Notes under the pieces: generated by a model
What the model was told of the DNA's origin: nothing
Seen by the model: only the letters and a program-made list of their open reading frames with translations
Databases searched by the model: none
Assembly: GCA_965228735.1 (NCBI GenBank)
Contig: OZ245838.1
Span: 2,176,001 to 2,240,000, forward strand
Direction of reading: 5' to 3'
Length of the DNA stretch: 64,000 nucleotides
Source of the DNA: Planctomycetota bacterium
GTDB lineage: Bacteria > Planctomycetota > UBA1135 > UBA2386
Translations under genes and position numbers: made by a program
Shown here: positions 19,932-29,001 of the stretch, piece by piece
How the letters are laid out: the number at the start of each line of letters is the position of its first letter
Position numbering within the stretch: the stretch's first letter is position 1

Positions 19932-22411
19932 GGCGCGCGATTATGCATCGAGCGCAGACGCTCCGCCGCGATGAACCGCTTTCCCCGCGGCCATTTCGCG
20001 TCGAATTCGATCGCGCCGGCCGCGGTCACGAACAGCGCCTCGCCCGCGGTGCGCCGGACGGATTCGGCGTCGTCGAGCAGCAGATCGGCCAGGGTCGCGA
20101 TCGCGAGCCCGTCCTGCCGCCCCGTCAACGCGCCCGCGAGGTCCGCGCGATCGGTCAGCGCCCGTTCACGCAGCGCCCGCAGCGCGCGCGGCATCGCGAG
20201 ATCGCGGCGCCACAGCGCGAGCAGTTCGCGTTCGCCGGCCCGCGGCGCAACGGCGCGGCCGGCCATCGCCAGCACGAGCGGGTCGGCCAGCTCGCGCAGC
20301 GCTTCCGCGGCGAGCGGCTCGAGCGGCCCGCGCCGCAACGCGGCCACGAGCACCCGCGCGCAGGCCGTCGGGAACCGACTGCGCAGCGCGATCGCGAGCG
20401 GCCCGCGCCCGACGCACAGTTCGCGAAGCCGCTCTGGCGGCGGCAGGAACGCGAAGTCCGCGAGGTGGCCGACGCGCCGCTGCGGCAGCGGCAGGTCGCC
20501 GAGCAGCGCCGGCCGACCGGCGTGGAACGTCGGGTCGATCGCGAACGCCGTCAGGCTCGCCTGATGCGGGTCGCGCAGCGCCCGACCGTTCTCGTCCGGC
20601 AACGCGAGCGCCGCCTGCAGCGCGGCCGAGCGCGCGCCGGTCGGCAGGAAGGCGAGCGCGGCACGACGCACCCGTTCGCGCTCTGGCGCCGTCGCGTCGG
20701 CCAGCCGCAGCTGGCGCTCGAACGCCCGCATCCGTGAAGCGAGATCGCTGCTCCACAACAGCAGCGACGACGCCTGACCGGTCAACGCCGGCGCCGGCTC
20801 GAGGCAGTCGTGCAGCACGCGCAACGTCGCGCGCCGTTCGGTCGCGGGCTGCGCGCCCCTCTCATCGTCCGAGCCGCCGGACTCGACGACCGGCGGCGGC
20901 CAGGCGGCGGCCACCCGATCGACCGCGACCGTCCCGAGCCACGCCCGCTGCACATCGCTGCCGCTGCCGAGTCGGGCGAGGTGCGCCTGCCAGCACGCGT
21001 CGTCCGACCAACCCTGCAGGTCGTTCGCCCGCGAGAAGGCCGGCCGGCGCGCCGCGCTCAGCAGCACGCCACAATCGCCGATCGCGAGCACGCCGTTCCA
21101 TGGGTGCACGGCCGCCGCCGCGCCGAACAACAGCCGCAGCCGCGCCGGCGGCGTGCGATCGAGCGCGAACGGCTGCAGAACGACGCCGTTCCCCGCGACG
21201 CGACGCAACTCGCGCTGCGCCTCGAGCGAGCACTGCCAGGGCAGCGCCCCACCACGGCCGGGGTCCGCGCCGAGATCGTCGCCCAACACGATGAACTGCC
21301 GCGAATCGGCGGGCAGTCGGCGCAAGGTCGGCAGGGCGCCGGCCAGCCGCGACCGAGGCAGCCAGCCGAGCAGCCGCGCCGAGCTCGCACCGCTGCCGTC
21401 GAGACCCGTCCCGGACCAATCCACCGGTTGCCGCCGCGCACCACGACCGGCGCCGCTCGCGCCGCGCTCGAGCGCCGGCGGCGCGACCGCACCGGCCGTC
21501 AGCAGCCGCGGCAACAACGGCAACAGCTGCGTTCGCGCATGCACGATCTCCACCGCAGGCAGCCCGGCGCGTTCGAACGCAGCGGGCAGGCGCCCGAGCC
21601 CGACACCGAGCGCGAGGATGCGGTCACCCGGCCGCGCGAGCGAGGCCGTCGTCGTCGCGAGCACCGCGGAACGCGGCCGCTCCGGCCCCTCGGCGGCGAC
21701 GAGCTCGCCGCGCTGCCACAGCTGCAGTTCTTGCGTTCCCGGGTCGTAGGCCGCGACCGTATCCCCCGCGCTCGCGAGCGCGACCAGCCCGGCCGATACC
21801 TTCGGCGGCGGCTCGATCGCGAGCGCGACCGCGATACCGAGCCCACCGGCCAGGAGCGCCAACCCGCCGTCGAGGACCCGACCCGCGCCGCCACGACCGC
21901 CGAGCAGGATCGCGATCGGCGGCGCCAGCAGCAGCCCCGCGGCCCGCGCCGGGAACGGCAGCAGGCGCGTGCAGAGCGGCCCCGCCGCGACCACCACCAC
22001 CGCCCCGACCGCGGCCGCGAGCACCGCGAGCCAGCCACGCGCCGGCGCGACGTGACCGAGGGCGAGACCCAGGGTGACCGCGATCCACGCCACCGGCAGC
22101 CGGTCGCCGACAGTCAGCAGACCGGCCCCCTGCAGCACCGCCAGCGCGAACGCGGCGACGGCCACGACCAGCCCGAGCCGCGCGGCCGACCACGCGAGCC
22201 GGCGCGCCAGCAGGCCGAAGCACGCTCCGCCCGCGGCGAGCCCCGCCAGCAGGACGACTTCGGCGCGCGGCGCGGCATCCAGACCGAGACCCGCCGCCCG
22301 CAGACTCGGCAGCCCGCACCACGCGATCGCCGCGAGCGCCCCGGACCAGACGCCGGCCCAGACGGCGCCGGCCATGGAGTTGGTGTTCGGTGTCATCGGG
22401 CGAGAGGACAT
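19928..22411 (-). CDS. Multi-pass membrane protein with a degenerate spermidine-synthase/SAM-methyltransferase-like domain
   Basis: About 6-7 N-terminal TM helices, then RILALGVGLG (GxGxG-like), VEI, and SLEAQRELRRVAGNGVVLQ resembling the T.EF...L.PGG..Q segment of spermidine-synthase-like proteins. ATGA overlap with lpxD; start uncertain. Confidence 0.55.
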   Translation of the reverse strand: MSSRPMTPNTNSMAGAVWAGVWSGALAAIAWCGLPSLRAAGLGLDAAPRAEVVLLAGLAAGGACFGLLARRLAWSAARLGLVVAVAAFALAVLQGAGLLTVGDRLPVAWIAVTLGLALGHVAPARGWLAVLAAAVGAVVVVAAGPLCTRLLPFPARAAGLLLAPPIAILLGGRGGAGRVLDGGLALLAGGLGIAVALAIEPPPKVSAGLVALASAGDTVAAYDPGTQELQLWQRGELVAAEGPERPRSAVLATTTASLARPGDRILALGVGLGRLPAAFERAGLPAVEIVHARTQLLPLLPRLLTAGAVAPPALERGASGAGRGARRQPVDWSGTGLDGSGASSARLLGWLPRSRLAGALPTLRRLPADSRQFIVLGDDLGADPGRGGALPWQCSLEAQRELRRVAGNGVVLQPFALDRTPPARLRLLFGAAAAVHPWNGVLAIGDCGVLLSAARRPAFSRANDLQGWSDDACWQAHLARLGSGSDVQRAWLGTVAVDRVAAAWPPPVVESGGSDDERGAQPATERRATLRVLHDCLEPAPALTGQASSLLLWSSDLASRMRAFERQLRLADATAPERERVRRAALAFLPTGARSAALQAALALPDENGRALRDPHQASLTAFAIDPTFHAGRPALLGDLPLPQRRVGHLADFAFLPPPERLRELCVGRGPLAIALRSRFPTACARVLVAALRRGPLEPLAAEALRELADPLVLAMAGRAVAPRAGERELLALWRRDLAMPRALRALRERALTDRADLAGALTGRQDGLAIATLADLLLDDAESVRRTAGEALFVTAAGAIEFDAKWPRGKRFIAAERLRSMHNRAP

Positions 22412-22437
22412 CGCGGGCACCATAGCCCCCCGAGGGA

Positions 22438-22590
22438 CTGATGGCTTGGGTGTGGATGCGTCGGCGTAACGCGTTGCAGCCACTCGGCGAAGGCACGATC
22501 CGAGCACCGCCACGGTCCCCTTCATACAACTCGTTCAATAAAAATGCGTTACGACGCTCGACTCAACCAAGTCCACACCCAAGCCAGCAG
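22438..22590. other. AT-richer intergenic element with nested inverted repeats (candidate structured RNA or MITE-like element)
   Basis: TGGCTTGGGTGTGGA (22442-22456) / TCCACACCCAAGCCA (22572-22586) is a perfect 15-bp IR. Inner stem GCGTCG..TAACGCGTT / AATGCGTTACGACGC. Confidence 0.5.
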
Positions 22591-22659
22591 CCTGTTGGGG
22601 AAGGGTTGGGGAATCCGGGCGGGTCGGATCCGGGAGCGTAGAGCGAGCGTGAGGAACCG

Positions 22660-23130
22660 CTAGCGGGGCTGGGCCTGCAGCTCGGCCAGCGTCGCCACTG
22701 CGGTCTCGGCATCGGTGCACCGCAACAGGCGATCGCGCACCTCGGCTCGGGAGAGCAGCTTGGCGATCTCCGCGAGCGTCTTGATGTGCATCAGCTTCTT
22801 GCTGCGCGGGATGATCAGGCCGATCACGATCGTGGCGGGCGCGCCGTCGAGGGTCTCGAACGGGATCCCGACCGAGTTGAGGCCGAGCACGGCGACGAGA
22901 TCGTCGAGACCGTCGAGCGCGGCGTGCGGGATCGCGATGCCGTTCTCCATGCCCGTGGTCATGCTGCGCTCACGGAGCACGAGCGCCTCCTCGACGGCGG
23001 GCGCGAACGACTCCGGATAGCGGCCGGCGCGGACCGGGACCTTGGCGATCTGGGCCAGGGCCTCCCACTTGTCGGTCGCCTGCAGCGGCACTTCGACCAG
23101 TTCAGGCGTGATCAAATCGGAGAGTTTCAT
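22660..23130 (-). CDS. PTS IIA (fructose/mannitol/Ntr-type) domain protein
   Basis: RERSMTTGMENGIAIPHA phospho-His motif, F.TLDG.P, H.KTLA.IAKLL. Confidence 0.92.
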   Translation of the reverse strand: MKLSDLITPELVEVPLQATDKWEALAQIAKVPVRAGRYPESFAPAVEEALVLRERSMTTGMENGIAIPHAALDGLDDLVAVLGLNSVGIPFETLDGAPATIVIGLIIPRSKKLMHIKTLAEIAKLLSRAEVRDRLLRCTDAETAVATLAELQAQPR

Positions 23131-23324
23131 TCGCGAAATGGCCGTTCCGCGGCGCGTGGTCGAGCCACGGCCCATCCAACCACGCGACGCGTACGGTGCA
23201 AACGGAAAGTCGGAAACCAGGACTTCCGGCTTCCTTGCATCACTTGGGCGAAATAAAAACCGCGCGCGGCCGGTCGTAGGTCGTCGACCCGACTTCGCAT
23301 CCGGCCAGCAACGAGCCAGACACA

Positions 23325-25724
23325 ATGACGGAATTCGCAACGCTTCCTGCCGCCATCCCGCCCGCCGCGGCCCGCTTGAACGGCACCCGGTGGCTTCCGG
23401 CCCTGCTGGTGCTGCTCACGGTGGTCCTCGCGGCGGCTCCGCTCGCCGCCCAGAACGACCCGCCCGGGGGCAACCAGGGCGCTGGCCAGGACCCGGGCGG
23501 CCAGCCGCTGATGGAGGTCGACGGCGACACCATCGTGGTCTCGATGAGCGAGAGCTCCGGGCTCGAGTTGCCGGAGTTCGTCAAGTGGGCCCAGGTCGTC
23601 ACCAAGCGCGTCTTCACGTTCAACGAGAACGAGATGATGAACCAGGCACAGGGCGGCAGCCGCGTGACGTTCCTCGGCAGCCTGCGGTTCAAGCGCGCCA
23701 CGTTCGACAAGGACTTCTTCTCGTTCTTCCAGACGATGCTCTACATCAAGGGCTTCGCCATCGTCCCCCGCGGCGAAGGCGATCTCGAGATCCTGGAGAT
23801 CATCTCGACGAACGGGCCGCGCATCCGCGAGGTCACGAACGGCGCGCGCTACGTCACGCCGGACGAGCTGGAGGAATACAAGAACCAGACGGGCGTGCCG
23901 ATCTTCACGACGGTCCAGCTCAAGCACATCAACGCGACGATCGTCAACAACGCGCTGCGCCCGTTCTTCGCGAGCACCGGGTCGCCGCAGGGCGGCGGTG
24001 GCGTGACGATCGGCAACGTCGGCAACCAGACGGCGATGTTGCTGCAGGGCTACGGCCCACAGGTCTACGCCGCGGTCAAGCTGCTCGACCTCGCCGACCA
24101 GCCGGTGGACGCCCCCAACCTCGTCGTGCAGGTCGTGCCGCTGCAGCACGCCGCCCCCGAGGAGATCGAGCCGATCCTCAGCGAGGTGCTCGAGAGCCGC
24201 AACCGCATCCGGGCGCAGGTCCTCGCCGAGAACCGGCAGGGTGGCGCGGGTGCCGCGGCGACCAACAGCCAGCCGCAGCTGAAGATCGTCGTGAACAGTT
24301 CGCAGAAGTCGCTCGTGCTGAGCGGCATCGCGGACCACGTGAACGAGGCGTTGAGCCTGATCGCGCAGCTCGACAACCCGAGCCAGATCATCGAGGGCAC
24401 GGCGAGCGTCATCTACCTCAAGAACGTGCTCGCCGAGGACCTCCGGCAGACCCTCAACCAGTTCATGCAGGAGGACAACAACGCCGAACAGCAGGCCCAG
24501 GCCCAGCAGGCCGGCAGCACGCCGAGCCGGCGCACCCGGCGGACGGTCATCCAGGCCCACGACGAGAGCAACAGCCTGCTGATCTCGGCGGCCCCGACGA
24601 AGTATCAGCAGATCCGCGCGCTGATCGACAGCCTCGACGTGCGCCAGCCGCAGGTGCTCATCGAGTGCGCGCTCGTCGAGCTCACGACGGGCGACCTCGA
24701 CCGCTTCGGTGTCGAACTCGGCCTGCTCGACCTGCCCAACGGCTCCAACGACTACGAGCGCGGCTTCGGCTTCACGGACTTCGGTCAGGCGGTGTTCCAG
24801 GACACCGACGACGACGGCCTGCCGGACACGCGCCTGCCCGACTTCGACAACATCGCGCAGGGCCTCACGGGCGGTATCATCAGCGGCCAGGACTTCGCGG
24901 TCCCGATCCTGATCAACGCGCTCGCGACCGACGACTCGGCCAACATCCTGTCGCTGCCGAGCGTCCTCGTGAACAACAACGAGGCCGCGGTCGTCACGAC
25001 GGAGGAAGAGCGTCCGACGCTGGAGAACAACGTCGGCACGGCGACGACGACGACCGGCACGGGTGCGCCGCGTAACGCGGGTATCACGCTCGAGATCTCC
25101 CCGACGATCTCGCCCAACCGCTACCTGCGACTCAACATCAGCCTCGAGGTGTCGCGCTTCGTCGGCGCGTTCGATCCGAGCTCCGCGACCGGTGGCGGTA
25201 TCGTGCTGCGCCGCTCGATCCGCACGCAGGTGACGATGCCGACGGAGTCGACGATGATCATCGGCGGCGTCATCGAGGACAGCGAGTCGAGCAACGAGGG
25301 CGGCATCCCGTTCCTCAAGGACATCCCGATCCTCGGCTACCTGTTCAAGAGCATCGAGAGCGAGTCGAGCAAGACCAACCTCTACTTCTTCGTCACGCCG
25401 ACGATCCTCGACGAGGACGACTTCCAGGACCTCTGGCATCTGAGTCTGCAGAAGAAGCTCGAGGCCCAGAACTACATCGGTGAACGCCGCCTGCGGATCA
25501 TCGACAAGCGCTGGACCGGCTCGGCCGGCGACCAGGCGCGCCGCCTCGAGGACGAGGGCGCGACGGTCGAGGATCTCGACGCCCAGGGCGGCTTCGAGAT
25601 GCCGCTCTACGATCGTGGCATGACGCCCGCCAACTCGCCGCTCGCCCCGGGCTCGCCACAGCCGGGCCCGGCCGTGCCGCAAACCCAGAGCGGTGGCAAC
25701 CAGGGCGCCGGGAACCAGAAATGA
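23325..25724 (+). CDS. gspD: Type II secretion system secretin GspD
   Basis: Signal peptide, N-domain repeats (VQLKH, VVPLQHA, VIYLKN), PQVLIE, IIGGVI, GIPFLKDIPILGYLFK, NLYFFVTPTI; upstream of gspE-F. Confidence 0.9.
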   Translation: MTEFATLPAAIPPAAARLNGTRWLPALLVLLTVVLAAAPLAAQNDPPGGNQGAGQDPGGQPLMEVDGDTIVVSMSESSGLELPEFVKWAQVVTKRVFTFNENEMMNQAQGGSRVTFLGSLRFKRATFDKDFFSFFQTMLYIKGFAIVPRGEGDLEILEIISTNGPRIREVTNGARYVTPDELEEYKNQTGVPIFTTVQLKHINATIVNNALRPFFASTGSPQGGGGVTIGNVGNQTAMLLQGYGPQVYAAVKLLDLADQPVDAPNLVVQVVPLQHAAPEEIEPILSEVLESRNRIRAQVLAENRQGGAGAAATNSQPQLKIVVNSSQKSLVLSGIADHVNEALSLIAQLDNPSQIIEGTASVIYLKNVLAEDLRQTLNQFMQEDNNAEQQAQAQQAGSTPSRRTRRTVIQAHDESNSLLISAAPTKYQQIRALIDSLDVRQPQVLIECALVELTTGDLDRFGVELGLLDLPNGSNDYERGFGFTDFGQAVFQDTDDDGLPDTRLPDFDNIAQGLTGGIISGQDFAVPILINALATDDSANILSLPSVLVNNNEAAVVTTEEERPTLENNVGTATTTTGTGAPRNAGITLEISPTISPNRYLRLNISLEVSRFVGAFDPSSATGGGIVLRRSIRTQVTMPTESTMIIGGVIEDSESSNEGGIPFLKDIPILGYLFKSIESESSKTNLYFFVTPTILDEDDFQDLWHLSLQKKLEAQNYIGERRLRIIDKRWTGSAGDQARRLEDEGATVEDLDAQGGFEMPLYDRGMTPANSPLAPGSPQPGPAVPQTQSGGNQGAGNQK

Positions 25725-27469
25725 CCGAGACCCCCGTCAACCCGAGTTTCATCAGCGCCGGTTCCAACGACCGCATCCGCGAGGGCTTCCTCCGGCGTGC
25801 GGGTCTGAGCCAGGCGCAGATCAACGAGGCGCTGAATGCCGAGCGTGAGACCGGCCAGCAGCTCGATCAGATCCTGATCGGCAAGAACCTCCTCGCCGAG
25901 ACACCGTGCCTCGAGCTGTTCTCGGAGTTCCTCGGACTCGAGTTCCGAAAGAGCCTCGACGGCGCCCAGGTGCCGGGCGACTTCATCCAGAACGTGCCGG
26001 TTCAGTTCGCCCGCACGCACGGCCTCGTCGCGATCGAGGACGTCGGCGCGGTCGTCAAGGTCGCGACCAACCGGCCGCTCGAGGTCCAGCCGATGGACGA
26101 CCTCGCGACGATGATGGGCCGCGAGGTCGAGGCCGTCCTGACGACGCGCAGCGAGGTCGCCAACCTCATCAACCGCGCCTACCGCCACAAGGCGGACGGC
26201 GTCGACGAGGCGCTGCAGGACGTCAAGGACACGGACATCATCAGCATCGCCGAGAACATCCAGGAGTCGGAAGACCTCCTCGATGCCAACAAGGCGCCGG
26301 TCATCAAGCTGGTGAACATGCTGCTGTTCCAGGCGCTCAAGCTGCGCGCCTCGGACATCCACCTGCAGCCCTACGTCGACCGCGTGCAGGTGCGCATGCG
26401 CATCGACGGCGTGCTCTACGACATGGAGTCCATCCCGAAGCGCGCGCAGGAGGCGATCGTCTCGCGCGTCAAGGTCATGGGCAAGATGGACATCGCCGAG
26501 CGCCGCCTGCCGCAGGACGGACGCGCGGCGATTCGCATCGGCGACGGCGACGTCGACGTTCGCATCAGCACCGTGCCGGTCGCGGGCGGCGAGCGCATCG
26601 TCTTCCGAATCCTCGACAAGACGAGCAAGGTCTACTCGCTGGATCAGATCGGCCTCGAGCCGGACGAGTACCGCACGATCTCGCGGTACATCAACTACTC
26701 GCACGGCATCATCTTCGTCACCGGCCCGACGGGTTCGGGCAAGACGACGACGCTGTATGCGTGCCTCGACGAGATCAACGCGCCCGACCTCAACATCCTG
26801 ACGATCGAGGACCCCGTCGAGTACAACCTCGACGGCATCAGTCAGGTGCAGGTGAACACGAAGAAGGGCCTGACGTTCGCCGCGGGCCTGCGCTCGTTCC
26901 TGCGTCAGGATCCGGACGTGATGATGGTCGGTGAGGTGCGCGACGCCGAGACCGCCGACATCGCGATCCGCGCGGCGCTCACGGGCCACCTCGTGTTCTC
27001 GACGGTGCACACGAACGACTCCGCGTCGACGGTCACGCGCCTCATCGACATCGGCCTCGAGCCTTACCTCGTGTCGTCGTCGCTGCTGCTCGTGATCGCG
27101 CAGCGCCTGCTGCGCACGATCTGCCCCAACTGTCGCGAGCCGGTCGATCCGGATCAGAAGCAGCTGCACATGCTCGAGGATCTCAAGCTCACGCCCGACA
27201 ACTTCGACGGCGGCAAGCTGCTGGTCGGCAAGGGCTGCGACGAGTGCTTCAACTCGGGCTTCGCGGGCCGCACGGCGATCTACGAGGTCATGCCGATCGA
27301 CACCGTGATCCAGAACCAGATCGTCGAGAAGTCGACGGCCAGCGCGATCAAGCGCGGCGCGATCGAGCGCGGCCTCAACACGTTGCGCATGAACGGCGTG
27401 AAGAAGCTGCTGCAGGGCCACACGACCCCCGAGGAAGTCGTGCGCGTCACGCAGCTCGACGTAGTCTAG
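25721..27469 (+). CDS. gspE: Type II secretion ATPase GspE
   Basis: [58 protein letters not shown], tetracysteine motif. Confidence 0.93.
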   Translation: MTETPVNPSFISAGSNDRIREGFLRRAGLSQAQINEALNAERETGQQLDQILIGKNLLAETPCLELFSEFLGLEFRKSLDGAQVPGDFIQNVPVQFARTHGLVAIEDVGAVVKVATNRPLEVQPMDDLATMMGREVEAVLTTRSEVANLINRAYRHKADGVDEALQDVKDTDIISIAENIQESEDLLDANKAPVIKLVNMLLFQALKLRASDIHLQPYVDRVQVRMRIDGVLYDMESIPKRAQEAIVSRVKVMGKMDIAERRLPQDGRAAIRIGDGDVDVRISTVPVAGGERIVFRILDKTSKVYSLDQIGLEPDEYRTISRYINYSHGIIFVTGPTGSGKTTTLYACLDEINAPDLNILTIEDPVEYNLDGISQVQVNTKKGLTFAAGLRSFLRQDPDVMMVGEVRDAETADIAIRAALTGHLVFSTVHTNDSASTVTRLIDIGLEPYLVSSSLLLVIAQRLLRTICPNCREPVDPDQKQLHMLEDLKLTPDNFDGGKLLVGKGCDECFNSGFAGRTAIYEVMPIDTVIQNQIVEKSTASAIKRGAIERGLNTLRMNGVKKLLQGHTTPEEVVRVTQLDVV

Positions 27470-27537
27470 CAGCCCCTTCGTTCGCCTGACCGCCTCCGCC
27501 TGACTCTGCGCCCGACAGCCGTCCGCTTCGCCACCTG

Positions 27538-28764
27538 ATGCCGATCTTCGAATACAAAGCGATCGACTCCGCCAACAAGGTGAAGCGCGGCATCATCGAT
27601 GCCGACACCGCGCGTGATGCCCGGCAGCGCCTGAAGAAGGACTCGCTGTTCGTCACGGACATCAAGGAGTCCCGCAAGAAGCGCAAGTCGGCCGTCGCGA
27701 TCAAGGGTGTCACGGGCGTCGACGCGCCGAACAAGATGCGGCTCGAGCAGATCGGCGCCGTGACGCGCCAGATGGCGTCGCTCCTGCAGGCCGGCATCCC
27801 GCTCGCCGAGGCGCTGCGGATGATCATCGAGCAGGCACCCGACAAGAAGATCGAGAGCACGTTCCGCGACATCCGCGAGAAGGTGACGCAGGGCATGACG
27901 CTCGGCGACGCCGTGCTGCAGCACCCGGCCTACTTCACGCCGCTGTATTCCAACATGGTCAAGGCCGGCGAGTCCTCGGGCGCGCTCGACAAGGTGCTCG
28001 TTCGGCTCAGCCAGTTCCTGCAGGCCCAGACCCGCCTCAAGAACAAGGTCGGCGCCGCGCTGATCTACCCGTCGATCATGGTCATCGTCGGCGTCATCGT
28101 CGTCGCGATCCTCATGGTCGCCGTCGTCCCGCGCGTGACCCAGCTCATCAAGGGCCGCGGCCAGGACCTGCCGCTGCCGACGCAGATCCTGATCTCGACC
28201 TCCGACTTCCTCGTCAACCAGTGGCTCACGGTCATCGTGGCGCTGCTGCTGCTGACGATCGGCTTCCAGCTGTTCATCAACAGCGACAAGGGCCGACTCG
28301 TGTGGGACCGCTTCAAGCTGCGCGTGCCGGTCTTCGGCGACCTGATGCGCAAGCAGGCGATGGCGCGCTTCTCGATCACGCTCGCGACGCTGCTGCGCTC
28401 GGGCGTGCCCGCGCTGCAGGCGATCAACGTCACGAAGAACGTCCTCGACAACAAGGTCCTGAAGAACGCGCTGCAGGAGGTCCACGACCGCGTCGTCGAG
28501 GGCACCGACCTCGCGACCCCGATGAAGATGTCGGGCGCGTTCCCCCCCACGGTCTCCTACATGGTGGGCGTCGGCGAACAGGCCGGCAACCTCGAGGAGA
28601 TGCTCGAACGCATCTCGGCGAGCTACGACGAAGAGGTCGAGCTCGCGACGCAGAAGCTGACGTCGGTGCTGGAGCCGCTGATCATCGTCGCGCTGGCAGT
28701 CGTCGTCGCGGGCATCGTGGTGGCGATCGTCATGCCGCTGCTGCAGCTCCAACGGACCGGCTGA
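27538..28764 (+). CDS. gspF: Type II secretion inner-membrane platform protein GspF (PilC family)
   Basis: MPIFEYKA, QMASLLQAGIPL, AGESSGALD, ALIYP, GEQAGNLEEML, LEP; three TM helices. Confidence 0.92.
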   Translation: MPIFEYKAIDSANKVKRGIIDADTARDARQRLKKDSLFVTDIKESRKKRKSAVAIKGVTGVDAPNKMRLEQIGAVTRQMASLLQAGIPLAEALRMIIEQAPDKKIESTFRDIREKVTQGMTLGDAVLQHPAYFTPLYSNMVKAGESSGALDKVLVRLSQFLQAQTRLKNKVGAALIYPSIMVIVGVIVVAILMVAVVPRVTQLIKGRGQDLPLPTQILISTSDFLVNQWLTVIVALLLLTIGFQLFINSDKGRLVWDRFKLRVPVFGDLMRKQAMARFSITLATLLRSGVPALQAINVTKNVLDNKVLKNALQEVHDRVVEGTDLATPMKMSGAFPPTVSYMVGVGEQAGNLEEMLERISASYDEEVELATQKLTSVLEPLIIVALAVVVAGIVVAIVMPLLQLQRTG

Positions 28765-28820
28765 TTGCGCGGTCCTGCGGACCGCGCAAGCAGCCGGTCC
28801 GTTGGAGCTGCAGCAGCGGC
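28734..28820. repeat. 42-bp near-perfect fold-back (inverted duplication of the gspF 3' end), probable terminator/stabiliser
   Basis: Arms 28734-28775 and 28779-28820, 3-nt loop, single mismatch at 28764/28790. Confidence 0.9.
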
Positions 28821-29001
28821 CTTTGTCGTCGGTTCTCGGCGAACGCCGGGAACGGCGAGGACGCCAACTGGCGCCGGCACGAACCGACGGGGAAAGCTTG
28901 GGTGCTGCGCACCCTTGCTTTCGGGGCGCGGATCGCCGGGGCGAAGCCTACTGCGGGGTTCGTGCCCGGCGTACGGTACGCGGTTCGGGGTGCCGGGCTT
29001 A

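Noticed and set aside
22440..22620. oriC / DnaA-box cluster (TCCACA half-matches, AT-rich tract, mnmG in the window)
   Set aside because: No full TTATCCACA-type boxes, the AT tract is very short, and there is no dnaA or dnaN nearby.
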